A stretch of DNA of 51,173 nt. Source: Chiloscyllium plagiosum. Taxonomy: Eukaryota. Each line of letters starts with the position of its first letter. Within the stretch, counting starts at the first letter, position 1. The DNA lies in contig NC_057748.1 of the NCBI RefSeq assembly GCF_004010195.1, positions 27,852,156 to 27,903,328 on the forward strand, in the 5' to 3' direction. The notes under the pieces were generated by a model that worked only from the letters and a program-made list of their open reading frames with translations, searched no databases and was not told where the DNA came from. Made by a program: the position numbers and the translations under genes. This document shows positions 34,335 through 46,407 of the stretch, piece after piece.

Positions 34335-34885
34335 GTGGGGGGAGTGGGGGGAGAATGGGGGACTCACTCCCACGGGGAGTGGGGGGAGAATGGGGGACTC
34401 GCTCCCACGGGGAGTGCGGGGGGCAGNNNNNNNNNNNNNNNNNNNNNNNNNNNNNNNNNNNNNNNNNNNNNNNNNNNNNNNNNNNNNNNNNNNNNNNNNN
34501 NNNNNNNNNNNNNNNNNNNNNNNNNNNNNNNNNNNNNNNNNNNNNNNNNNNNNNNNNNNNNNNNNNNNNNNNNNNNNNNNNNNNNNNNNNNNNNNNNNNN
34601 NNNNNNNNNNNNNNNNNNNNNNNNNNNNNNNNNNNNNNNNNNNNNNNNNNNNNNNNNNNNNNNNNNNNNNNNNNNNNNNNNNNNNNNNNNNNNNNNNNGG
34701 CGGGGGGGGAATGGGGGACTCGCTCCCATGGGAAGTGGGGGGGAGAATGGGGGACTTGCTCTCACGGGGAGTGGGGGCAGAGAATGGGGGACTCACTCCC
34801 ATGGGAGAGTGGGGGGGGTGAACGAGGGACACGCTCCCACGTGGAGTAGGGGGGTGAATGGGGGATTCACTCCCACGGGGAGTGG
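34335..34885. repeat. G-rich about 36-bp minisatellite (GGGGAGTGGGGGGAGAATGGGGGACTCACTCCCAC), gapped
   Basis: Tandem units on both sides of the gap. Confidence 0.85.
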
Positions 34886-35122
34886 CCAAGGTGAAGATAG
34901 CAGTGAAGCTTTGAATAAACACAGGAGGGAGACAGGGAGGGACACAGGGAAGGATGGGAGGGATTTGGGAGGTGGCTGGTGGGAAGCAGAAATCCCATTT
35001 CAGAGCAGAGAGGCCGACTGGCCTGTTTGCTGCTGTAGATACCACCATAAGGAACTGATGCCTCCAAAAATGGTGTCCCCGTTCCCTCTGGACCCCCCAC
35101 TCCAGGCAGGATATTGGCTTAC

Positions 35123-35250
35123 CAGGTCGGCAGAAAATGTGTCCAAATGTTCACCGTCTCGTTTGTCATCTGAAAGCTGCTGAGCAGACAGTCCACGGCG
35201 GAGCTCCTGGGGTGGCGATAGCCGGAGATAATTCCGTCTTCCCGGAATAC
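35123..35250 (-). CDS. PAQR6: PAQR6 coding exon 2 (VFREDGIISGYRHPRSSAVDCLLSSFQMTNETVNIWTHFLPTW)
   Basis: PAQR motifs GYR and NETxNIWTH; the residues EDGIxSGYR, DCxLSSFQ and FLPTW are PAQR6-like rather than PAQR5-like; 128 nt, canonical AG/GT. Confidence 0.93.
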
Positions 35251-35880
35251 CTGCACAGGCCAGGAAGACAGCAACGTGCGTTTCGATAGCGCCTCCCAGC
35301 CCACACCACAGCTTCCCGGTGCCCTTGGCGACCAACTGCATGCTCGACGCGCGAGAAGCGGCCGCACAGCAAGATCCCACAGACTGTGGCCATCCAACCC
35401 ACAGCGCCTCACGCTGGTAAAAAAGTGTTGGCCCCAGGATAATGGAGGGCATTCCTTAGCCCCTTCCTCCTCCGCCTGGGCCCCCCCCTCCCTCCGACAC
35501 ACCCACCCAGAACCATTTCTTGTACCAACAAGTGGGCGTGGGGCGTTGTCCACCTACCTCAGAGGGCAGCCTGATGTACACTTCCCCCAGGTGGCCGGAG
35601 TCTGGAACTACATCGTGACACTTCACCCGGAAAAAGCTAATGGGAAATGTTGACATAGGAACTTAACACTGTCACGAGCAGTGCTCTGCAGTGTAGATTT
35701 GCACACTTAAATTTCAATTTTCCTTAATCCACACAGACGTGTGGTGATTACAGATTGACTGAACTCTGAAGAACTGGAGGCGTTAACTCTTTCTCTCTCA
35801 CACACCCTCTCTGCCAGAGCTGCTGTGTATTTCCCACTCGAATCCCTCTGCTCTGAAGATTTCGGCGAGGTCACACTTAC

Positions 35881-35931
35881 CACGGGGACCTGGTGATGGT
35901 TTAAAAGCTGTGGCAATTTCACCGACAACAT
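35881..35931 (-). CDS. PAQR6: Membrane progestin receptor delta (PAQR6), coding exon 1 (MLSVKLPQLLNHHQVPV)
   Basis: Matches the PAQR5/6 N-terminus MLSLKLP(Q/R)L; 51 nt; donor |GTAAGT. Confidence 0.88.
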
Positions 35932-36139
35932 CCTCTCCCTGGACGAGACGCCGCACTTCCCTGGGACAGGACAGTCAGCAGAGAGAAGCCCAGTTCCCTT
36001 GGCATGTTCTCCTCCTCAACTCCATCGCCCGGCCAGTCCCTACCAGCTGGGGGCACACTCCAGGCTTCCTTCGGCCAACAACTATACACCACAGAAGGAA
36101 TTCCATTCAGGACACTCGAGGAACTTCGACCCCTTTCAT

Positions 36140-38045
36140 AGTCACAGCACGTAAACAGATCCCTCGTCCCAACCAGTCCATAATCCCAAACTAAACTCGT
36201 CCCACCTGCCTGCTTCGGCCCATAGCCCTTCAAACCTTTCCAATTCATGTACTTATCCAAATGCCTTTTAAAGGTTGTAACTGTACCCACATCCACCATT
36301 TGATTCCTTACCGTGTGGAAACAGGCCCTTCGGCCTAACAAGTCTACACCGACCCTCCGAAGAGTAACCCACCCAGACCCGTTTCCCCTCTGACTAATGC
36401 GCCTGACACTATGGGCAATTTAGCACGGCCAATTCACCCTGACCTGTACATCTTTGGATTGTGGGAGGAACCCGGAGGAAACCCATGCAGACACGGGTGG
36501 GGGGGGGGAGGGGGTGGGGAGAACGTGCAACCTCCACACAGACTGTCACCCGAGGCTGGAATCGAACCCGGGTCCCTGGTGCTGTGAGGCAGCAGTGCTA
36601 ACCACTGTGCCACCGTGCCACCCCAATCGAAAGCTGTGCAGGTTAGGTGGAAGTTCACTCCACGTGAGAATCCACTGTGTAAACAAAAAAGACATCTCAC
36701 GTCTTTTTTAAAATTTCTCTCCTCTCACCTTAAAAATGTGCCCCTTGTCTTGAAATCCCCCATCCCAGGGAAAAGGCACCTACCATTAACGCTTATCCAT
36801 AGCCCTCATTAATTTATAACCTTCTAGAAAGGTTGTCCCTGAACCTCCTACGCTCCGGTGAAAAAAGTCCCAGCCTTCCTTTGTGACTCAACCCTTCCAT
36901 TCCCGGCAACATTCTGGTAAATCTCTTCTGAACCCTCCCCAGCCTGATAGTATCCTTCCTGTAACAGGGTGACCAGTACTCCAGAAGAAGCCTCACCAAC
37001 ATCCTGTACAACCTTAACAGGACATCCCAACTCCTACACTCAAAGGTAAGTGTGCAAAACACCTTCTTGACCACCCTGTCTGTACGTGACGCAAACTTTC
37101 AAGAATTATGTCCCTGGACCCCTGGGCTCTTCGGTTCTACAACACTACTCGAAGCCCTACCATTAATTGTATAAGTCCTCCCCTTGTTTATTTTACCAAA
37201 ATGCAACACCCTGCGTTTATCCATCGACCTGCCATTTTCCAGCTCATTGACCCATTTGATCAAGATCCCTCTGAAACCTCAGAAAAGCTTCTTCATTGTC
37301 AATTAAGGCACCAATTCTGGTGTCATCTGCAAACTTACGAACCATCCCTTCTGTATTCACATCCACATCATTTATATGTGGAGTCACAGGTAGATAGGAT
37401 GGTGAAGAAGGCGTTTGGTATGCTTTCCTTTATTGGTCAGAGTATTGAGTTCAGGAGTCGGGAGGTCATGTTGCGGCTGTACAGGACATTGGTTAGGCTG
37501 CTGTTGGAATATTGCGTGGTCTCCTTCCTATCAGAAAGATGTTGTGAAACTTGAAAGGGTTCAGAAAAGATTTACAAGGANNNNNNNNNNNNNNNNNNNN
37601 NNNNNNNNNNNNNNNNNNNNNNNNNNNNNNNNNNNNNNNNNNNNNNNNNNNNNNNNNNNNNNNNNNNNNNNNNNNNNNNNNNNNNNNNNNNNNNNNNNNN
37701 NNNNNNNNNNNNNNNNNNNNNNNNNNNNNNNNNNNNNNNNNNNNNNNNNNNNNNNNNNNNNNNNATAGGAAGGGTTTGGAGGGATATGGGCCGGGTGCTG
37801 GCAGGTGGGACTAGATTGGGTTGGGATATCTGGTCGGCATGGACGGGTTGGACCGAAGGGTCTGTTTCCGTGCTGTACATCTCTACGACTTTATATAAAT
37901 GACAAACAAAAGTGGACCCAGCACCGATCGCTGTTGAACACCCCTGGTCCCAGGCCTCCTGTCTGAAAAGTAACCCTCCACCATCTGTCTCTCGCTGTTA
38001 AGCCAATTACGCATCCAATTGGCAAGCTCTCCCTGAATCCCATTG
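36140..38045 (-). mobile_element. CR1-like LINE on -, interrupted by a SINE (36311-36622) and a younger + strand CR1 (37378-37890)
   Basis: Minus-strand CR1 RT/3' sequence resumes after each insertion. Confidence 0.8.
36311..36622 (-). mobile_element. HE1-like V-SINE
   Basis: Homologous to 9068-9395. Confidence 0.85.
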
Positions 38046-38184
38046 GCAGCGAAGGTTTCCCGGACTGATTCCTGGGAATGGCAGGCCTGACGGATATAGA
38101 GAGACTGGGTTGGTGAGGACTAGATTCACTGGGAGCTTAGATGAACAAGGTGGGGGAGATCTCATAGAAACCTGTAAGATCATA

Positions 38185-38695
38185 GAATCCCTGCAGGGAA
38201 GCAGGCCATTCGGCCCAAAACATCTATACCAACCCTCCGAAGAGTAACTGACTCAGACTATTACTCAGTCCCTATTACTGACCCAGACTATTCATTTGAT
38301 GTCTGAAAGCTGCTGAGCAGACAGTCCAGACCTGAGCTCCTAGCGTGGCGATGGCCGGAGATAATTCCATCTTCCGGGAGTACCTGCTCAGGCCAGGAAC
38401 ACAGCAACGTGCGTTTCAATAGCCCCTTCCAACCCACACCAAAACTTCCTATTACACCACATCTACCCCTGACTAATGCCCCTACCCTACACATTTCCTG
38501 AACACGATGGGCAATTTTACCATGGCCAATCCACCCTAACCTGCACATCTTTTGGACTGTGGGAGGAAACCGGAGCACACGGAGGAAACCCACGCAGACA
38601 CGGGGGAGAATGTGCAAACTCCACACAGGCAGTCGCCCGAGGGCGGAATCGAACCCGGGTCCCTGGCACCGTGAGGAAGCAGTGCTGACCACTGA
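38185..38695 (-). mobile_element. HE1-like V-SINE split by the PAQR6 exon-2 copy
   Basis: Head and V-domain at 38450-38695, 3' tail at 38185-38290. Confidence 0.75.
38291..38450 (-). pseudogene. Decayed partial duplicate of PAQR6 exon 2 with its upstream intron and acceptor
   Basis: Aligns by eye with about 35159-35317; reads VLPEDGIISGHRHARSSGLDCLLSSFQTSNE then stop; lacks the exon 3' part and donor. Confidence 0.85.
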
Positions 38696-39414
38696 GAGAC
38701 CGGGCCATGGATTCTAACAGGGAAAAGGTAGGAAGGATGTTGGGGGTGCTGTGGAATTCTCCGGCACGGGTCAGGGATGGAACGTTAAATGTTTTCAAGG
38801 TGGTTCTTAAGGGAAGAAAGGGAAGGTGGGGAACTGAGTTGGATGGAAAAGCTGCGATAATACAGAATGGGGGAGCAGCCTTAAAGGGGCCGAATGGCGT
38901 ACTCTTGTTCCTATTCTCTGCTTTTCTTTGTACACAGAGCCCCAAGAGCCTTCTCACCCGGTTTCTACGTAAACTTAACACTTCTTATCGTGTAAAACCC
39001 CGCATGAACTCCGCCAGTGAGATTTCGCAGCTGGTCTCCTGATTTGTCCTCTATCCATTATATTGGCACCAGTCAAGAAGCACTGGGTTTACAGGGATAT
39101 GGGCCAAGTGCTGGCAAATGGGACCAGATTAATTTAGGATATCTGGTTGGCATGGACGAGTTGGACCGAAGGGTCTGTTTCCATGCTGTACATCTCTCTG
39201 ACTCTAAATGGGCCTCGGTTAATTTAGGCTATCAGGTTAACACGAACGATATGGACCGAAGGGTCTGTTTCCGTGCTGTACATCTCTCTGACTCTAAATG
39301 GGCCGAGGTTGATTTCGGATATTAGGTCAGCAGGGATGAGTTGGACCAAAGGGTCTGTTTCTGTGCGCTATAACTCTGACTCGCTAAGAACCAAACCCTG
39401 TATTTCTCCCTACA

Positions 39415-39910
39415 CTGTACCTGCCTCACAGGTCAGGAGGGTGAGTGAATACTCCTCACATGCCCTGGAAGGAGGGACAGCTCCAACAACACTCGAGAAG
39501 CTGGACACCGTCCAGGGACAAAGCAGCCCCCTGCTTGGTTGGCACCGCATCCACAAACACCCCCTCCCTCCACCACCAACGCTCAGTGGCAACAATGTGT
39601 ACCATCTATGAGACCCACTGCGGCAACTCCCTACAGTTCCTCAGCGAGCACCTTCCAAACCCAGTATCCCTTTTGGAAAGCCAAGGGCAGTGGATACTTG
39701 GGGAACACCAGCCCTTGCAAGTGCCCCCTTCCAAGACTTCCACATCGTCCCCGCTTTGGAAATATATTGGCCATTCTTTCAGGGTCAAAATCCCCCTTGA
39801 ACAACACCACCTAGGAGTTGCCTTTAAGAAGGCAACTCACCCCCACTTTCTGAAGGGGGCAACTAGGCGCAGATTAGGCAATAAGTGCTGGGTTTAATCT
39901 GCAAATAAAT
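39415..39910 (+). mobile_element. L2/CR1-clade LINE 3' fragment (different family)
   Basis: QVRxxxEYSxxAxxxxxPTTLEKLDTVQ resembles the RT C-terminal region; related pieces at about 2050-2165, 18930-19290 and 29940-30055. Confidence 0.55.
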
Positions 39911-40498
39911 GAAAACTGAGCACCTTTCTGCACTCACCCTGAGAAATGGCTTAAGTCTGACAGCACATTTCTTGGGGTACTATCTGACCTGAATTCAAGC
40001 CCTCCCAGCAAACATGTTCAGTATCCACATTGACTTGACTCCTGACTGCAGGCCAACGGTGTTGCAAAGCGAGTTTGAGCCAGGGATCCTGAACCAAGTA
40101 ATCCCTCTCTGTTCTAACCGTTTGCGTAAACCCATCCTGACCCTTGTCACACCCCACCACACCCAGACTCAGAAAAGCCTCAGAAGAAGACGGTTGAAGC
40201 GGTGAATCTACCCGCAAGGCAAACATTCCCAAAAACTAAATTCCAAAATCTTTTGTTGAAAAACAAGCCTGCTTTTTTTTTCCCAGAACACACAGGAACA
40301 CTGTCCTACAACCAATAAGACTGCAAAAAACTTGTCTGCAAACAACAATAAGAAAAACACAGACCGAGAGCAAACACAACATGAGCAAGCGAGAGAGAGA
40401 GAGAGAGAGAGGGCTGCAGAACTGTTCAACTCAAAACTGGTGCTCAGGAAGCTGACAACTTTCCACTCTTCGAAGGAGTTGGGGAGCAGAGTACTCAC

Positions 40499-40620
40499 CG
40501 ACTTTATAGTTCACTTCCGACTGCTTAATTCCTGGCTCTTCTGATGGTCCATGATGTTTGTTGACAGAGTGTGTGTGTGTGAGAAAGAGACAGAGATGAC
40601 TTTGACAGCTCACTCTCTGT
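40499..40620 (-). other. Candidate 5'UTR exon of PAQR6
   Basis: Non-repetitive island with donor CG|GTGAGT at 40498; the ATG exon is preceded by acceptor-like sites, so an upstream non-coding exon is expected. 5' boundary unknown. Confidence 0.3.
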
Positions 40621-40839
40621 TCCTCGGTTTCCTCTCCTTTGATTGTGAAACTGAAGTCAGTGCCCGCCCACTGGGGGATGGATTCCTGTGAAAGAAAAGA
40701 CAGGGGTCCCTTGTGTTCTTCGGGATCAGCCGATTGCCTGGAAACTGCCGTTTAAAGGAACAGAGTCTCTGCTCTGCTCCATTAATCCCCCCCCCACACC
40801 CCCCATCATCTTCATAGAGAGTCAGTGCACGCTGTGGCA

Positions 40840-41790
40840 CTGTCCCTTAAAGAGACACTGCCCTCACAATCCACCCTGCCCCTTCAAGAGACAGGACCAT
40901 CACTTTGGAATGCTACTGCACCCCTTAAAGAGACATGGCCCCTTAAAGAGACACTGCCCTCACAATTCACCCTGCCCCTTAAAGAGACAGGACCATCACT
41001 TTGGAATGCTACTGCCCCCCTTAAAGAGACACGGCCCCTTAAAGCGACCCTGCCCTCACTCTGTTACACTTTCTTGTTCCTTAAAGAGACAGTACCATCA
41101 TTTAAGAACACTGTAACACCCTTTAAAGAGACACTGCCCTCACACTTCACCCTGCCCTTAAAGAGACAGGACCATCACTTTGGAATGCCACTGTACCCTT
41201 TAAAGAGACACGGTTCCTTCAGGACCATCACTTTGGAATGCTACTGCACCCCTTAAAGAGACATGGCCCCTTAAAGAGACACTGCCCTCACAATTCACCC
41301 TGCCCCTTAAAGAGACAGGACCATCACTTTGGAATGCTACTGCACCCCTTAAAGAGACACGACCCCTTAAAGAAACACCACCCTCACAATTCACCCTGCC
41401 CCTTAAAGAGACAGGACCATCACTTTGGAATGCTACTGCACCCCAAGAAGAGACATGGCCCCTTAAAGAGACACTGCCCTCACAATTCACCCTGCCCCTT
41501 AAAGAGACAGGACCATCTTGGAATGCTACTGCACCCCTTAAAGAGACACGACCCCTTAAAGAAACACCACCCTCACAATTCACCCTGCCCCTTAAAGAGA
41601 CAGGACCATCACTTTGGAATGCCACTGTACCCTTTAAAGAGACACGGTTCCTTAAAGAGACACTGCCCTCACTCTGTTATGCTTTCCTGTTCCTTAAAGA
41701 GACAGTACCATCATTTAGGAACACTGTGGCGTCCCTTAAAGAGACACTGCTGCTGAAAAAGACACTGCCCTCACTCTGTTACACTTTCTT
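40840..41790. repeat. About 96-bp composite repeat built on CCCTTAAAGAGACA
   Basis: 32-aa periodicity in the translated frames. Confidence 0.88.
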
Positions 41791-42259
41791 AACCCTTTCT
41801 GCTCTTTAAGGGCTACAACCTTGTACCATCTCTGCCGCCCCCCACCCCCCCCCCCCCCCGCCTTTAAGCATGTGCAACGTTGTAACACCACCCCTTAATT
41901 AGATATCCTAGCTTAATCTCATCCCATTTAGAGTCATAGAGATGTACAGCGCAGAAACAGGCCCATCCATGCTGACTTGATATCTTAATTTAATCTCTAT
42001 GTTAGAGTCATAGAATACGGAACAGTACAGCACAGTACAGGCCCTTCGGCCCATGTTGTTGTGCCAAGCATTTATCTCAATCTAAGATCAACCTGACCTA
42101 TACATCCCCTCAATTTGCTGCCATCCATGTGCTTGCTCAGCAGTCGCTTAAATGTCCTTAATGTCTCGGACTCGATAGAGATGTCCAACACAGAAACAGA
42201 CCCTTCGGCCCAACACGTCCATGCCGACCTGATATCTTAATTGAATCTCGTCCCATTTA

Positions 42260-42650
42260 GAGTCATAGAGATGTAAAGCACAGAAACAGAGCCATCATCC
42301 CAACACATTCATATTGGCCTGATATCCTAATGTAATCTAATGCCATTTTCCAGCACTTGACCCATATCCCTCTGAAACCTTCCTATTCATTACCCCAACC
42401 AGATGCCTTTTAAACACTGTAATTGTACCAGCCCCCACCACTTCCTCTGGCAGCACATTCCATACACGCACCACCCTCTGCGTGAAAAGGTTGCCCCTTA
42501 GGTCCCTTTTAAATCTTACCCCTCTCACCTTAAACCTATGCTGTCTAGTTTTGGACACCCCTACTCTTGGGAAATGACCTCGGCTATGCACCTTATCCGT
42601 GATGTTATAAATCTGTATAAGGTCAGCCCTCAGCCTCCTACACACGAGGG
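42260..42650 (-). mobile_element. CR1-like LINE 3' fragment with repeated tails
   Basis: RRLRADLIQIY...RGNLFTQRVVRVWNVLPEEVV; extra 3'UTR copies at 41925-42260. Confidence 0.8.
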
Positions 42651-42729
42651 AAAAAATGTCCCACCCTCGTTTCTTCCAGACTTGGGAACATTTTGCAAAT
42701 CCGTTTTGCACCCTTTCTGGTTTCCCGAG

Positions 42730-43694
42730 GTCAGTGCCCTCACTCTGTAACACCATCCTGTCCATTAAAGCAACAGTGCCCTCACTCTGTACCTGTCCAT
42801 TAAAGCAACAGTGCCCTCACTCTGTAACACCGTCCTGTCCATTAAAGCAACAGTGCCCTCACTCTGTAACACCGTCCTGTCCATTAAAGCAACAGTGCCC
42901 TCACTCTGTAACACCGTCCTGTCCCTTAAAGCGACAGTGCCCTCACTCTGTAACACAGTCCTGTCCCTTAAAGCGACAGTGCCCTCACTCTGTAACACTG
43001 CCCTGTCCCTTAAAGCGACAGTGCCCTCACTCTGTAACACCGTCCTGTCCCTTAAAGCGACAGTGCCCTCACTCTGTAACACCGTCCTGTCCCTTAAAGC
43101 AACAGTGCCCTCACTCTGTAACAATGCCCTGTCCCTTAAAGCGACAGTGCCCTCACTCTGTAACACTGCCCTGTCCCTTAAAGCGACAGTGCCCTCACTC
43201 TGTAGCACAGTCCTGTCCCTTAAAGCGACTGTGCCCTCACTCTGTAACACCGTCCTGTCCCTTAAAGCGACAGTGCCCTCACTCTGTAACACCGTCTTGC
43301 CCCTTAGATCGACAGTGCCCTCACTCTGTAACACCGTCCTGTCCCTTAAAGCAACAGTGCCCTCACTCTGTAACACTGTCCTGTCCCTTAAAGCAACAGT
43401 GCCCTCACTCTGTAACACTGTCCTGTCCCTTAAAGCAACAGTGCCCTCACTCTGTAACACCGTCCTGTCCCTTAAAGCGACAGTGCCCTCACTCTGTAAC
43501 ACCGTCTTGCCCCTTAGATCGACAGTGCCCTCACTCTGTAACACCGTCCTGTCCCTTAAAGCGACAGTGCCCTCACTCTGTAACACCGTCCTGTCCCTTA
43601 AACCAACAGTGCCCTCACTCTGTAACACCGTCCTGTCCCTTAAAGCAACAGTGCCCTCACTCTGTGACACTGCCCTGTCCCTTAAAGCGACAGT
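42730..43694. repeat. 42-bp minisatellite (AAAGCGACAGTGCCCTCACTCTGTAACACCGTCCTGTCCCTT)
   Basis: 14-aa periodicity; at least 22 units running into a gap. Confidence 0.95.
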
Positions 43695-44494
43695 NNNNNN
43701 NNNNNNNNNNNNNNNNNNNNNNNNNNNNNNNNNNNNNNNNNNNNNNNNNNNNNNNNNNNNNNNNNNNNNNNNNNNNNNNNNNNNNNNNNNNNNNNNNNNN
43801 NNNNNNNNNNNNNNNNNNNNNNNNNNNNNNNNNNNNNNNNNNNNNNNNNNNNNNNNNNNNNNNNNNNNNNNNNNNNNNNNNNNNNNNNNNNNNNNNNNNN
43901 NNNNNNNNNNNNNNNNNNNNNNNNNNNNNNNNNNNNNNNNNNNNNNNNNNNNNNNNNNNNNNNNNNNNNNNNNNNNNNNNNNNNNNNNNNNNNNNNNNNN
44001 NNNNNNNNNNNNNNNNNNNNNNNNNNNNNNNNNNNNNNNNNNNNNNNNNNNNNNNNNNNNNNNNNNNNNNNNNNNNNNNNNNNNNNNNNNNNNNNNNNNN
44101 NNNNNNNNNNNNNNNNNNNNNNNNNNNNNNNNNNNNNNNNNNNNNNNNNNNNNNNNNNNNNNNNNNNNNNNNNNNNNNNNNNNNNNNNNNNNNNCGTCCA
44201 ATCGTTTGCACGCTCTAATCTGTTGGGTTTGACAGTGAGGGGGATGCAGGGGAGACAAGTGACCATCCCATCTGCATCGGTTCATGGAGAGATGGAACAG
44301 AGGGGCGAAGGATCAAATTCGTCCAGGATTTGAACTCCTTCTTTCAAGACGGCCTTTTGCTGGACCACAGGCCAGCCTGGGACTCCGCAACGCTGCAGGG
44401 ATGGGCACGTCACTGCCTTGTGCAGGAGCAGCACCGTTGGGACTCAGTAAATCAGTCGCCGCGTTGCAGAGAAGCATTGTTACCCTCACTGAGA

Positions 44495-45320
44495 CAATTC
44501 ACCAAAATTGGAGGTGTAGCGGACAGCGAAGAGGGTTACCTCAGATTACAACAGGTTCTGGACCAGATGGGCCAATGGGCTGAGGAGTGGCAGATGGAGT
44601 TTAATTCAGATAAATGCGAGGTGCTGCATTTTGGGAAAGCATATCTTAGCAGGACTTATACACTTAATGGTAAGGTCCTAGGGAGTGTTGCTGAACAAAG
44701 AGACCTTGGAGTGCAGGTTCGTAGCTCCTTGAAAGTGGAGTCGCAGATAGATAGGATAGTGAAGGTGGCGTTTGGTATGCTTTCCTTTATTGGTCAGAGT
44801 ATTGAGTACAGGAGTTGGGAGGTCATGTTGCGGCTGTACAGAACGTTAATTTGGCTACTGTTGGAATATTGTGTGCAATTCTGGTCTCCCTGCTATAGGG
44901 GGGATGTTGTGAAAGTTGAAAGGGTTCAGAAAAGATTTACAAGGACGTTGAAGGGTTTGAGCTACAGGGAGAGGCTGAACAGGCTGGGGCTGTTTTCCCT
45001 GGAGCGTCGGAGGCTGAGGGGTGACCTTATAGAGGTTTATAAAACCATGAGGGGCATGGATAGGGTAAATAGGCAAGGTCTTTTCCCTGGGACGGGGGAG
45101 CCCAGAACTAGAGGGGCATAGGTTTAGGGTGAGAGGGGAAAGGGACCTGAGGGGCAACTTTTTCACACAGAGGGTGGTACATGTGTGGAACGAGCTGCCA
45201 AAGGAAGTGGTGGAGGCTGGTACAATGACAGCATTTAAAAGGCATCTGGATGGGGACAACGATACGAAAGGTTTAGAGGGATACAGGCCAAGCGCTAGCA
45301 AATGGGACTAGATTAGGTTA
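44495..45320 (+). mobile_element. Young CR1/HER1-like LINE ORF2 C-terminal half
   Basis: Open frame WQMEFNSDKCEVLHFGK...QRDLGVQV...LERRRLRGDLIEVYK. Confidence 0.92.
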
Positions 45321-46407
45321 GGATGGGATGGGCTGAAGGGCCCATTTCTATTCTGTCGGACTTAACGTGCGGGTGATGTTAATGGAGAGTGTGGAAGGTG
45401 AGGAGAGAAAAGGAGGGGTGACCGGAGGCAGGGTGAGGGGGCAGGGAGTAAAGGGAGAGGTGGAAGAGAGCTGGGTGATGGGGCAGATTAGTGACAGAGG
45501 AGAGCGATCTTTGAAGGTGACTGTCCTGGCTGAGCAGGAGAGGACTTCCGTCCTGTCGCAGCCGTGCGACAGAAATCGTACCCTGCCCTGTTCCCCTTTC
45601 CAAGAAGCAGGAACCCAACTAAACATTGAGGGTCTCTCACTTTCAGGAAACATGGAGCTCCTCCAGCCCCTACACCCCCCTCCCTATCTCCGTCCCCCTC
45701 CTCCAGCCCCCTACACCCCCTCCCTATCTCCGTCACCCCTTCCAGCCCCCTATACCCCCTCCCTATCTCTGTGTCACCTTGAGGGATGTGCTGAATGGGA
45801 TGCTACTGAAATGCAGCTGCATCCCAAGGGGGGGGGGGGTGAGGGCTGAGTGCTGCAGCAGAGGCCGTGCACGATTGACTGAGCGTTCCCCCGGGTGGGA
45901 GGGAGAGGGGAGATTAAATGCCAGACGGGAGTCACTGTCTGCCCCCAGTCCTCCTCCCTCTGTTTCTACTTAATCCCTGTGTGTGCCTGCAGACTATCTC
46001 TCTCTCTCTCTCTCCCCCTGGGAACACAGCCCCTCCCCCCAGAGAAGGGAAACTCTGCTTCCATTGACCAGGAACAAACAAATGCACCAAATCAAACAAA
46101 GTTGGAAGTCAGCAGGAAAACTCTGGAGCCAGACGGCTCAGAGAAAGGGGCAGCTGACTGTGCTCTCAGTGTTTGGGAACGTGACTGTATGGGAGGTTCC
46201 CGCTGTGTCCTGGGGATGGGTGAGGGAGATGCTGAATGGATTCCAAGTCTGTGACTCACGGCAAGTCCAGCTCCCCAGCACAGACAGAGAGACAGAGACA
46301 GAGAGAGAGAGATGGTTTCCCCTCTGTTCCCAGCACACAGTGCCAAAGAGACAGTGGCCATTCAGCCCTCTCCCCTGCTCTTATACTGCAACACCAGGTC
46401 TTTCAGG

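Noticed and set aside
32131-35183. ORFs spanning N gaps and (TG)n or G-rich repeats
   Set aside because: Artefacts of N runs and low-complexity sequence.
42656-44285. Long periodic Cys-rich ORFs (SCPLKRQCPHSVTP)n
   Set aside because: A 42-bp minisatellite plus N gap; open on both strands; no splice or domain evidence.
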